Under the pieces are notes generated by a model. The model had not been told where the DNA came from. It ran no database searches and was given only the letters and a program-made list of their open reading frames with translations. Shown one piece after another: positions 40,352-51,615 of a stretch of 64,000 bases of DNA; positions within the stretch are counted from its first letter, which is position 1; each line of letters starts with the position of its first letter. The DNA is from Vairimorpha necatrix (lineage: Eukaryota). The position numbers and the translations under genes are program-made. The stretch is from assembly GCA_036630325.1 (NCBI GenBank), contig CP142730.1:372001-436000 (forward strand), in the 5' to 3' direction.

Positions 40352-41275
40352 TTAGACTTCTTGTGTATTGTCAAAAAATACCTCCAAATCTTCAGAATTA
40401 TTCGGCCCGCGATTAGTAATTTTTTTAAAAAATTTTACTAGATTTTTTTTAAAATAGATGGTACAAATTAAGATAATTATAAATAAAGGGATTAATATAT
40501 AAGGGAAATAGCTCATATATCCTAGGTCATTGTTAACATTCTTCTTATAATCATCAAAGGCATCGTAATCGATATCATGATCACTGAAACTGTGTTTTAT
40601 TGGATAATTAGGAAACTTTTCACAATAAATATACCCTTTGTTATTATTTCTTTCGTCTAACTTTTCAATAATAGTTTCTATACCATTTTCACCAAAACAT
40701 CTAATATATGGGTCTATCATTTCTTTACACATTTTAACAATAATAATAGGCAAATCCCTAAGACTCCACTGAAAGCATGTTATATTTTCTAAAATGAATT
40801 GTAATGTTTGACTTATATCAGCATCTCGGGGAATGATATCTTTGTAGCAATGATTTAACACATTATAATATTCCAATGTTACATTTTTAAAATTTTCAAT
40901 AAAATAAACCTCATGCTCTGTCAACGAGGTTGTTACCCAAGAGATTGATTCTTTTACATCGAACGCCTTATAAACAGCATTATAATATGCGTTTTCCATC
41001 TGTGTTCTTTTTTCTTCGTCTTTATATTCTAGCCAATATATTTGTTTCCAAAAACCAAAATTTAAATGATTTGTTATAATGTACCAAATAAATTCAGCGA
41101 ATTCTTTAATTAACATCCGCGATAAACCAGCTTTTTCAAAATTCCCTTCTAACACACTACATGTTATATTATCATTAGTATTAATAATACCATTTAAAAG
41201 ACTTGTCTCGTCGTTACTTGATTTTATTTCCTTGGTCGTGAATGCCAATAAATTAAAATAAAAAAACATATTCAT
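40352..41275 (-). CDS. Family B type I membrane/surface protein 1 (307 aa)
   Basis: CCCC motif upstream, hydrophobic N-terminus, TM helix PYILIPLFIIILICTIYF followed by KK; paralogue at 43619-44551. Confidence 0.85.
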   Translation of the reverse strand: MNMFFYFNLLAFTTKEIKSSNDETSLLNGIINTNDNITCSVLEGNFEKAGLSRMLIKEFAEFIWYIITNHLNFGFWKQIYWLEYKDEEKRTQMENAYYNAVYKAFDVKESISWVTTSLTEHEVYFIENFKNVTLEYYNVLNHCYKDIIPRDADISQTLQFILENITCFQWSLRDLPIIIVKMCKEMIDPYIRCFGENGIETIIEKLDERNNNKGYIYCEKFPNYPIKHSFSDHDIDYDAFDDYKKNVNNDLGYMSYFPYILIPLFIIILICTIYFKKNLVKFFKKITNRGPNNSEDLEVFFDNTQEV

Positions 41276-41483
41276 TGTTGTGGGGCAAAAATTTATTTTT
41301 TTTGAATGTTATGGAGATATGGACATTCCATGTAATAAATAACACTATAAAGTGCATGTATGTTTTTTCGCCCCGGATTACGGTTTAGTTTGAATGAGTA
41401 AACTCGGAGGTAACCAATAACTGGCTCTGTATGATCGAGCTTAACTCCTTTGCTTGTGTTTCAATTTGAGCAAGCATTTTCAA

Positions 41484-41559
41484 AAATATCATATTTATAT
41501 TTTATAAATTTTTTCTGAAATATCATATTTATATTTTATAAATTTTTTCCGAAATATCA
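41484..41559. repeat. 34-bp tandem duplication
   Basis: aaatatcatatttatattttataaattttttc(t/c)g repeated twice plus a partial unit. Confidence 0.8.
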
Positions 41560-43618
41560 CATCAAAATCTACTCTTATAGAATGATAAGGTTGCTCCTAA
41601 ATCGCTCCAAAGAGAAAGTCTACATAATTTTATTAGAACCTTTAAAATTGCGTTCGAAAAAGAAGACCTAAAAATAAACAAAAATTACTTAACACTTATA
41701 ATATTTTAATTTAAAACAAAAATTTATTTTTTTTCAGAAAATTGCGGAATGCGCACACTATACTTGTAAGTATTATGCATTTTTTTGCTTTTTATTTTTT
41801 ACCGTTTTTTTGCTAGAAAAAGATTAATGGAAACTTCTTTCTTCTAATATAAAAATTCAAATCCACTATATAAACAATAAATGCATATTTTACAATCTAT
41901 CTAATTGTTTACTAAAAAATTTGTAAATACATCAATCCAAATAAACTATAAATATGTCTTCTCATGAGCATATATGGTTAAAAAATAAATTTTAAATTCA
42001 AATATTTTTTAGAACATCTTTGATTCTAAAAATAGCAGTAAACAGAGTGCTGATGCTTGCTATTTTTTCGCATTTCATTTTAAATTGACAACATAAAATG
42101 AACTTCTTATAGGAGGAGTAAGGTCCTTCGGCCGGAACGAAACTTAAAAGTATATAAAACTAAAAATAATGTGAGGGAACTAATAAGTCGATATTTATGA
42201 TTAATTTTGGCAAAAAAATAAAACATAGACATAGAAACGCATTATATGATTTTTTAAGCATTTTAGATTGAATAAAAAATTCGTTGTTATTTGAAAATAC
42301 ATCAAGTCTTTGGAATTCATTTGATAAAAAATATCCGATTTGTTTTTATACATATACGGCATAGTAAGTTATGTTTGCGACCCAATAATATTTATATTCA
42401 ATAAGTTTTAAAAAATTGATGGGTTAGTTGACTGTTTTTTGTGCATTTAGTACAGACATTGCTGTCTTGTTTATGGAATTAGCTCTTCCAATTTTTATTA
42501 TATGAAATATATGTGTAATAACTTAAATGTTTTAGACGCTTTTTTCTTCTCCACGCACCTCTTTTTTGATATTTTCTTTTTAGATGTTGGACTTTTCTAA
42601 AGCTTTTTTCCTTTATTGCGTTTGTCTTATCAATTTTCATCTTAGATTTAAAGAGATGGACTATAAAGGCAATCAAACAGAAAGATTTGTTTATAATTCA
42701 AGTAATGGTTGAATTTTCTAATTTTTAATAAGTTATTTGTAGTATCTGGTCACTATTAATTTTGTGATTATATATGAAACTATTCTTGCAGGTTTTATAT
42801 ATTAGACTTAGTTAATATGGCAGAATTTCTTTTTTTAAACTTACCTCTCGAAAGTTTCATATCGATTTTTTTTTAATAATCTATCTACCTTATTATAAAA
42901 ATTTTTACTTAAAATTTTTCATTTTTTGCGATTTTAAAATTTTTAAACTATTTGTTAAATATTAATTATGATATTATAATACGATTATAGATTTAAAGCT
43001 TCAAATATATAATTATAAAAGTGTTTTTTTTTTGCTTATATTTTTTTACAACTTAATTTCAAAATGTTATCCTATGTGTTAAGAATTTTTAAAGAACCTT
43101 CAGTTTAAATCGTAAAGGCAACCAATCATATGAAATTTTGCATAATAAATTTTAAAAATTTACAAAAAACTATTAAAATTTATCACTTTAAATTTGTAAA
43201 TTAATTCAAATTTTTTATTTTTTTTATTATAGAAATACAGTATACAGTTTGAAAAATCACATTCCCTTCTTTTTTTTCATGTTAACAAAAAAAAATGTAA
43301 TGTGTAAATACGTAAATCTCTCTAAAGCTGGAAACATAGGTTATTCATAATAATTCGCCATGACAAATATAATTGTCTCATAACTTAAAAAGTAATGTGT
43401 TAGATTCTTGGTTTAGAAGAATGATTTAATATGTTATATTTATTCATAAAAAATAATAAACATTTTAGCATTTATAATTTACATTTTTCTATTTTTTAAT
43501 CTACATCATTATATTATCATAATTATTTAAATAATATTAAAAAACAAAAAAGTTTTTAAATAGATAAAGGCCTATTTTAAATTTTTTTAATCTTTTAATA
43601 TACAAATTCATAATTTCT

Positions 43619-44551
43619 TTACAAATTATTAAAAAGCAATTCCGTATTATCTGTCTCTTTTGGTCTCTTACTAGTAATTTTTTTATATAGGTTAATTAGT
43701 GGTTTTTTATAATATAATATTAATAAAATCAAGATAAGTAGAAGAGTAGGAATCGCTGTATAAGGTAAAATACTCAGAAAACATTGGTTACTACGAGATT
43801 TAACAACAATTTCTTGCACGTTATCATCAAAAAAATCATATCCGATGTGATGATCACTAAAATTATATTTTAAATGATCACTATTATTATCTTCACAGAC
43901 AGAAATATAAAGCCGCATATGATTATTTTCTACTTTATCTTTAATACTCTGCATTCCTTCTTCCCCAAAACATTTAAGATGCGGTTTTATAACACCTTGA
44001 CACATTCTAACAACAATAATTGGCAGGCTATTTCCACGATCATAATGAAAACACGTGAAATAATTTAAAATAGATTTAACTACTGTACTTATAGAGCTAT
44101 CAGCGAGAATGGTATTTTTGTAACAATCATTTAACATATTGTAGTATTCTAAAGTGACTTCTTTTAAATTATCAATAAATTTATTTTCTTCACTTGTTAA
44201 CGCATATCTTGACGAAATGTTTATTTCTTTAAGGTTAAACAATTCTAATATACTATCCATATATCTACTCTTGATTAGCATTCTTTTTTCTTCGTTTAAA
44301 TAATCTTTCCATTTTATATAGGTATAATAACTAAATTTTAAATGTTTAGTTATAATATTCCAAACAAATTCGGCGAATACTTTTACAGTGATAGGCGATA
44401 GATCTGTACCCTTTAAGTTCCCTGCTAGCGTAGCACACAATAAACTATCATTCCTATTAATTATCTCATAGAACGCATCGTCAACGTTGATACTTGTTTT
44501 TATAAAATAAATAAACAGTGCAAAAAAGGTTATATAAAATATCGATCTCAT
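43619..44551 (-). CDS. Family B type I membrane/surface protein 2 (310 aa)
   Basis: CCC motif, signal-like N-terminus, shared FAEF.W.IIT.HL.F, VTLEYYN.LN.CYK, TCF, CFGE.G and FSDH.I.YD.FDD motifs, C-terminal TM. Confidence 0.85.
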   Translation of the reverse strand: MRSIFYITFFALFIYFIKTSINVDDAFYEIINRNDSLLCATLAGNLKGTDLSPITVKVFAEFVWNIITKHLKFSYYTYIKWKDYLNEEKRMLIKSRYMDSILELFNLKEINISSRYALTSEENKFIDNLKEVTLEYYNMLNDCYKNTILADSSISTVVKSILNYFTCFHYDRGNSLPIIVVRMCQGVIKPHLKCFGEEGMQSIKDKVENNHMRLYISVCEDNNSDHLKYNFSDHHIGYDFFDDNVQEIVVKSRSNQCFLSILPYTAIPTLLLILILLILYYKKPLINLYKKITSKRPKETDNTELLFNNL

Positions 44552-47159
44552 TTTTAGGGTTTAAGTAAAAAAATTAATTAAAGATTATTTTTTAGTATGT
44601 GTCGTAATACCTTTTAAAAATATTTTAAAAGCAAACACAGATGATTTTTTATTATATTATCAATACTTTAGTCATTTTAGCACACAAATTTTAAATTTTT
44701 TTTTAGAAAAAAAAAAAAATATATGTAGGGCTACTTTTTTATCAATCTCTAATTAATCAATTTTTTAAATTTTTCTTTTGGAAATAAACATGAATTGACG
44801 AATTTTAGTTTCCAAATGTAATCACACGGCATAGACCCTTTATAAATAATGATAATTGATTAAAAAATAAATCATATGATAAATGCAAGTGCTAAAAAGA
44901 TATATGAACTTTTCTAGTATTGCAAAGATTTAGAACCAAACAAGATAAAATTAAGTGAAAACAAAATAATAAAAAAGGATCAACTTCTTATTTAATACAC
45001 TATTTACAAGTTTCGAATACATATCTCAACTTTTGTAAATTTTTTTGGGAAATATATGGGGCGTACTAAAATTTTAACATATACCATTCTTTTCTTAAAT
45101 TATGTAAAATAAAAGTTTTTTTGTAAATAAATAAAATGCTAAACTAAACTAGATTAAAAAATTCTTGTAAAAAGCCTTTTTTAAAAAACCACAAAAACAT
45201 AGATATATAAAATTTCATCGGTAGAAATTCAGAGTACCTTCAGCACAATAATGAAAATGAATAACAAGTAAGAGTAAGCTAAATAAATATAATTTGAGTC
45301 TAGTAAATATACATAGATCTATAGATTTATACATTTAACACAAAAAATTATATTTTGTGTAAAATATTTCACCATATCGCTGAAATACATCGATACTAGT
45401 ATTATAATGATTGAATAAAAGTTCTATTTTTGTTCGCGACAAAGTGCTTTTTATCTTTTAATTGAAATGTGTAAACTGTTGAAATTAAGGTAAGTTTTTT
45501 TATGACATCCTTTAAGTTGGTTCGTAAAATACCTAATTACGTTAGGTAACATTTAAATTTTAATTTAGTTTGTATCAAACATTATTCCAGTCCAAAGAAG
45601 CCCAAGTTGTTGTTTTAATACCTTAATGTGCGTCAAACACTTTTGGCTGGTTTAAATTTTTGTAAATTTTACGAGTTTAAAAGGGAATACATATGACGAC
45701 CGACTGTATCGTAGATTCTATAACACGTTGCTGAAGTTTATATGCAATAGGTATAAGACATCTCGCTAAAAAACAGGATTTATGATGTGTTAGTGTAAGT
45801 GTTCGTGCAAAGAAATCGTCAATAATAGTTGTAATAAAGTTAATTATGCGATAATTTCCGTTTCAAAATGCCGGCTAGTTATCATACTCGTCGTGGAGCA
45901 CTTAAACCGGAATTTGAGGTTGCCAAACACTAACGGACATGATGTAGACTCCTCTCAAGTGTAAAAAATTAAACCTTTTGCTCAAATCCAATAATATTAA
46001 TCTACGAGAATATAACTCAGAAGCTATATTGACAATTTCACCATAGTTGCAAGAAATAAAATAATAATTTTTATATCCATTTATAAATTTTTGTTCAGGT
46101 TTTATAAAAAAATATAAATATTTAAGAACGTTTGTAGCATTTGAGCAAAAAACCCCGGATGAAATGATTTTTTCGCCAAATGCAATAGATTTTATAAATT
46201 AAACGCGACCGTCACCAATGATTTAAAGATTGTACGAATCTTTACAATTAAAAAATAAAAACACTCGCTCAACGAGGTTAGAAAAAACTTTTTTAGAAAA
46301 TCTAAACCATAAATATACATATAACCTTAAAATTCATTTTAAAAAGTCATATAAAATCCTCAAACTCACTATATTCGATAAAGTATTTACAAATATAGCC
46401 GTCAAAGTACTCATATAATAAAAGTAGTTTGTTTGCAACTAAAATATACTATTTACACCAGGAATGTAATTAAATAAAAAAGATGCTTTGTTTTGGAAAT
46501 TATTCGATGTTTTCTATACAAACAACATCAAAATTAATAAAAAAATAGTTGATATCTTGTAAAATAATTCCTATGCTTTCTATAGAAATCTTAAATTTTT
46601 TTTTTGATTTAAATGAAATTGGAAAATATTCTTGAGCAATTTAATAAGCTTTAAAAAGTTCCACTACAAAAAAACACTCATAGTAAACTTAATCAGTAAA
46701 AAACATAAACAAGTTTATTTAAAGAAAACCAAAAGCAATATGATATTGAAAATAACAAATTATGATTTATAAGTAATATAAACCATATATATATTAAATT
46801 TGATATCAAAAATCACTAAATTTTATTTTTCAATATTAAAAAGCCTTGTCATTTATATTTTCTTGTTTTTCCGAAGTAGGTTAAGACGTCTCATACAAAT
46901 TATCGATACTTTTGTTCATAAATAATCAATTTTGAGGTAAGCCCATATAAATTTTTTTTATCTGTCGTAAAGAAGTCTCTCTTATCAATCAATCTTGGCA
47001 TATCAAGCTATAAAATTGAATATCAGGATTGTCTTTGTACATAGAATTCAAAGGGTATGTTTTATTTGCGTATATCTTACTAATACTTTTCACAAAAGAC
47101 ACTCTTAATCAATTCTGGAATTTATTTCTTCTTAATTCCACATATTAAGTTCTCGTTTA

Positions 47160-47306
47160 ACTCTGTCTGCTCAGTATCAAGCCCATGTCTGCTTGACATA
47201 GTTAAGTCAATTTTAATACTCTTGTCTGTATATATGTTTCCGTTCTAGATTCTAATCTGCTTTTTTATATGCGCGGGGTAAATTAGTTACTATTCCATCC
47301 CAAGTC
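47160..47306 (-). mobile_element. RLE non-LTR 3' fragment
   Basis: Matches 26010-26155 (gtatcaagcccatgtct...aattagttactattccatccca). Confidence 0.7.
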
Positions 47307-47471
47307 TCTCTCTTTTATCTAAGCATTATAATACTTTTACTCGTCCCCAGTCATGGTTATATGCTTCGTTGACATATTTTAAACTTCCTTATGTTTTTAT
47401 ATTTACTTGATATGTTCTTCTCTTATTCCCATACGATGTTTGTTTTGTTTATTTTACCCTTTTTTTTTATT

Positions 47472-48029
47472 ATGGGTATCACTACAAATCTCGTTAAACT
47501 AGTTCTCTTCTCTCAAATGTTTCTTTTCACTCTTCTTATTCTCCCTATTCCCAAATATCTCAAACATTTTATCATCAATTCCCTTTGTAATTCCAAATCT
47601 TTCACTCCTCTTCTCCATCTTTTATATGTAATTTTCACCATGATATTAATTATGTTTATAGACGCTCTCTTAAAATTAACTAGATTTCATTCTTATGACT
47701 TAGTTTACCACACAGAGAGGAATTTATACTTAACCGGCTTTACTCTCTACTTAGGTATGATTTTTAAGATATTTGTAAATATGCTTAATACTCTGTATAA
47801 AGAAGAAGAATCAGTTAAGATTTTAAAGAAGCAGATTTCTAATAATCAGACATTTGTAGATAGTATGATAAATAAAGATGAAGTTATAAGAGATCTTAAG
47901 AAGACGATAGTGAGTAATGAGATAATGATTAAACAGTTGAAGAATAATCAAGGGGAGTATAATGCCTTATCTGAGAAGTATAATGAGTTATTAATGAAGA
48001 TCAAACGAGAGAACAAGAAATCAAAATAA
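47472..48029 (+). CDS. BAP31/Yet-family ER membrane protein
   Basis: Start placed at the ATG after the CCC motif (MGITTNLV); three TM segments, LLILPIP, MFIDA, ERNLYLTGFTLYL, C-terminal coiled coil. Confidence 0.85.
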   Translation: MGITTNLVKLVLFSQMFLFTLLILPIPKYLKHFIINSLCNSKSFTPLLHLLYVIFTMILIMFIDALLKLTRFHSYDLVYHTERNLYLTGFTLYLGMIFKIFVNMLNTLYKEEESVKILKKQISNNQTFVDSMINKDEVIRDLKKTIVSNEIMIKQLKNNQGEYNALSEKYNELLMKIKRENKKSK

Positions 48030-48089
48030 AATAAATGAAGAAAATATGTATCATCATAGTTTATAAAATATGTATTTATATTAGCATAT

Positions 48090-48290
48090 TAATACGGCAT
48101 AATTTAAATCTGCATAATTTAAATCCGCATAATTTAAATCCGCATAATTTAAATATGCATATAAAAATTAATACGGCATAATTTTATATGCATATGAAAA
48201 TTAATAATGCATAATTTAAATCTGATTAATTTAAATCCGCATAATTTAAATATGCATATAAAAATTAATAATGCATAATTTATTTAATCT
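48090..48290. repeat. 15-bp minisatellite (gcataatttaaatcc)
   Basis: Multiple degenerate tandem units. Confidence 0.85.
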
Positions 48291-48439
48291 ATATAATTTG
48301 CAGAAATTATTAGAGTCGGCTTAGCTAACTACCCTATACAACAACATAAAATAAAACAGAGCATAAAAAGTCGTTTAGGACAAAAGCCAAAATAGTCGAC
48401 ATTAAAAATTCATCACTATGGCTTAAAGTAAGTAGTACT

Positions 48440-48640
48440 AATACCAGGACTGAAAGTAAGTTATGTGCCCTGCAAGACTATAATCTATTTAATGTGTTAT
48501 TAGCCCCCATTGCACTAAATCAGCAAAGACCGTGGATTATCTAGCTACAAAGTGCGAAAAAATGCTAGGACACGATTATATGAGAAGGCCTAATGAAGTA
48601 GTAAAATGCATCCACCTACTATGTGAAAAATATAAACTAC
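48440..48640 (+). mobile_element. RLE non-LTR fragment (zinc-knuckle region)
   Basis: PHCTKSAKTVDYLATKCEKMLGHDYMRRPNEVVKCIHLLC. Confidence 0.8.
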
Positions 48641-48869
48641 ATTAAGAATATAATAATTGAATACATTTACAATCTGCATATTATAGTAGAATATGACCAA
48701 TTCTCCAACAATCAGTTTCGCTCTTTTCAAAACACACTATCAATACTATAATACAAGATATTTACATTAGTACATATGTATATACAATATAATGGTGTCT
48801 TTATGTTAGGCAACCATTTTACGCTAGTCAATACTATAATACAAGAAAATATATCCCCTCTTTTTTCTT

Positions 48870-49835
48870 ATGTCTAGACACAGAGATATTTACAATATCT
48901 TCACTCTCAAAAATAATCTCAAAATATCAAAAGATGTTCTTTCTTTACTATCCTCCACTGACATAAATCTCCATGACTTAGTCTCAGAATACAAACAGGC
49001 CTCTAAAGGCCTGTTTGTCGACATACAAATCTTAAAGAATATTCTCAGTAAGAAGTGTACACTAGTACAATATAAATATGAATATATTCCACTTATACAC
49101 CAGTATAAGTATTTAAGAAGACAGTATACAAATATAACAAGTATATCAGAGTTGACTAGTAAACAGTCATGGATATTTGGGTATATTTATATTAATAAAG
49201 AGAATAAGAAAGTAATAGAAGATTCTTCAGGAGTTATAAAAGTAGAAGGGTGTGAATATAAAGACAAGTTTATATATTTACAAGGTAAGAAAGAAAATGG
49301 GATATTTATTACAGTACAAAATAAGATAGACATGAATTTAAAAGACAATCATAACATAATAGAGTATAAAATCAAAGACATAAAAGATATAAAAGATAAT
49401 ATAACTATTACAAGAGATAATAATAATAATCTTACATGTATAAATCTTAATAATAATCTTACATGTAGAGATGATAATAATCTTACTAGAGATAATAATA
49501 ATCTTACTAGAGATAATGTTATTATAAATCTTAATAATAATATTCATTATATTAATAATGATATTCCTGTAATATTCACTCTGAATAATTTAAAGGTCTC
49601 TGTCTACAATAAGACAGTACTAAATGACACTAGACATATTCCTGTATACTTAGATAATAAGAATTATAACTTCGATTCAGGAGTGAATTTATTCTATAAG
49701 GAAGATTATGACATATTTATAGTGATGAGTGATACTAAGAATTATATAAGGGAATATAAAGGGACAATATTCATAATGTTAGAAAAGAGAAGTAAATTAG
49801 AGATCAATACATCTATAAAAATTACAGAAATTTGA
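48870..49835 (+). CDS. Probable reduced DNA polymerase epsilon subunit B (DPB2-like)
   Basis: CCCC motif; N-terminal IYNIFTLKNNL helix region; OB-fold-like IFG....VIEDSSGVIKV; much shorter than canonical; internal TRDNNNL repeats. Confidence 0.5.
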   Translation: MSRHRDIYNIFTLKNNLKISKDVLSLLSSTDINLHDLVSEYKQASKGLFVDIQILKNILSKKCTLVQYKYEYIPLIHQYKYLRRQYTNITSISELTSKQSWIFGYIYINKENKKVIEDSSGVIKVEGCEYKDKFIYLQGKKENGIFITVQNKIDMNLKDNHNIIEYKIKDIKDIKDNITITRDNNNNLTCINLNNNLTCRDDNNLTRDNNNLTRDNVIINLNNNIHYINNDIPVIFTLNNLKVSVYNKTVLNDTRHIPVYLDNKNYNFDSGVNLFYKEDYDIFIVMSDTKNYIREYKGTIFIMLEKRSKLEINTSIKITEI

Positions 49836-50010
49836 AAAATTTGATATATTAATTTGAACAAACAAAATCTGAATAAATTAATATAAAAAATTTAATTTAA
49901 CATTTACTATATACATTATATATATGTTACATTATATTACATTATATACATTATATTACATTATATATATATGTTACATTACATTTTATATTACTTATTT
50001 TTATTTTAGG

Positions 50011-50703
50011 TTATAGTCGCCTCTTGTTGTTGTTTATGTCTTTGATTTCACTTGTATCTTCTTCTTCTTCTTGTGGTTCTTCTTTTACTGGTCTCTCTTT
50101 CTTACTCTCTATCTCTTCTATCTTCTCCCTTATATCTTCATATATTATCTCTCTCTTCTTACATATTCCTTCTACATCTCTCAATATCTTCAGTGCTTGT
50201 TCATATTCCTCTAAGAATTCATATGCACTAGACATACTCATATATAATTCTATATATTCATTATCTTCTACTTTACACTTTTTATATAAACTTTCAGTCT
50301 CTATAAAATCCCTTATAGCATCTCTGAATTCATTATTTAGTAGACTTATTTCCCCTAGTAAGAAATATGTCTTACTTAGATTATATTCATCTTTTAAGAT
50401 ACTGAAAGAAGATCTACATATTTCAAGGAGAGACCAAGCATTTTCCAAGTCATCTTCGTAGATTTCTCTTTTTTTTAGATCAAAACCAGAATGAATATTC
50501 TTGATTTCTTCTATAAAGAACTGGTTACAGTTCTTTATAAGACAATTGGCATAATTTAGATATAAATAAGGGACAGTCTCGTCGTCGGGGTTTATATTAT
50601 CCAGGAGAGAAGTGTAGATATTTATAGCTTCCTCGAAGTTACCCTGGGCAGTGTACTGGTAAGCAGTGGGTATATCTTCATAGTAGTCTTCTAAATTTAG
50701 CAT
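50011..50703 (-). CDS. NASP/Sim3/Hif1-family TPR histone chaperone
   Basis: SHNi-TPR signature DDLENAWSLLEICR...LLGEISLLNNEFRDAIRDF; acidic tail; C-terminal KRRL. Start moved to the ATG at 50703. Confidence 0.8.
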   Translation of the reverse strand: MLNLEDYYEDIPTAYQYTAQGNFEEAINIYTSLLDNINPDDETVPYLYLNYANCLIKNCNQFFIEEIKNIHSGFDLKKREIYEDDLENAWSLLEICRSSFSILKDEYNLSKTYFLLGEISLLNNEFRDAIRDFIETESLYKKCKVEDNEYIELYMSMSSAYEFLEEYEQALKILRDVEGICKKREIIYEDIREKIEEIESKKERPVKEEPQEEEEDTSEIKDINNNKRRL

Positions 50704-50954
50704 AAACAAAAAAGAAAGGGGGTTTAAAAATATAAATATGTATAGATTTAATAAAAAAGTGAGGTGGATTTAATAAATATGTATGGTGGATTTAGTTTAT
50801 GCACTATGTTTTTGCATAAACAAGAAAATAGTCTCTTACTATAATATTGCATAAATCTTAATATTGCATAAACAAGATGACAGTCTTGTACTATAATAAT
50901 GCATAAAAATCTAGTACTATAATATTGCATATAGATCTTGTACTATAATATTAT

Positions 50955-51437
50955 TTAAACTTCAAGAAGTTGAAGTATGTCTGTCTCTCCATATTCTACA
51001 TAATATTTCCACCCTAGTCCCACTACCAAATCATTGTCTTCTTTATTTATATAAATATAATTATCTCTCTTTAGAATATTAAGATATTCTTTATTGATTT
51101 CATTATATTGACTTATTAATTTATCATGACTTATTTCTCCTTCTTCTAATAATATAAGAACAAATATAATAATTAATTTATTATTATAATTATAAATCTC
51201 TTTTTTAGATCTTAAGAAGTACTTGTCACTTTTTAAGGGGTCTATTAGATTATTCTTCTCTATTCCTAGTAGTTCTAGTCCTAGTAGTCTTATATTCTCT
51301 TTAGTGTATTCTACTAGACTGAGTATGTCTTGATTCTGCATTTTAAAAATGTCTTTAAGTTCTTGTTTCTTTGTAAGAATATTTCTACTGTGATTGTACA
51401 TGAGCAAGCGAACGAAGCCCCCGTAATTATTCTGCAT
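50955..51437 (-). CDS. Nse3/MAGE-family protein (Smc5/6 subunit)
   Basis: FVRLLM...KKQEL, LLGLEL, YFL, IIIFVLILLEEGEIS, YI, LGW.YYVE fit the MAGE domain pattern. Confidence 0.6.
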   Translation of the reverse strand: MQNNYGGFVRLLMYNHSRNILTKKQELKDIFKMQNQDILSLVEYTKENIRLLGLELLGIEKNNLIDPLKSDKYFLRSKKEIYNYNNKLIIIFVLILLEEGEISHDKLISQYNEINKEYLNILKRDNYIYINKEDNDLVVGLGWKYYVEYGETDILQLLEV

Positions 51438-51615
51438 AAAAATGAGGGGTGAAATAAAATTAAGATTATAATAGATTTAAATTATGCTATATTAGATTTA
51501 TTTTAATATTATAGATTATGCTAGATCTAAATAGATCTAATATTATAAATTATGCTATACTATAAATTATGCTATATTATGCTAAAATATTATAAATTAT
51601 AAAATATTTTATAGA

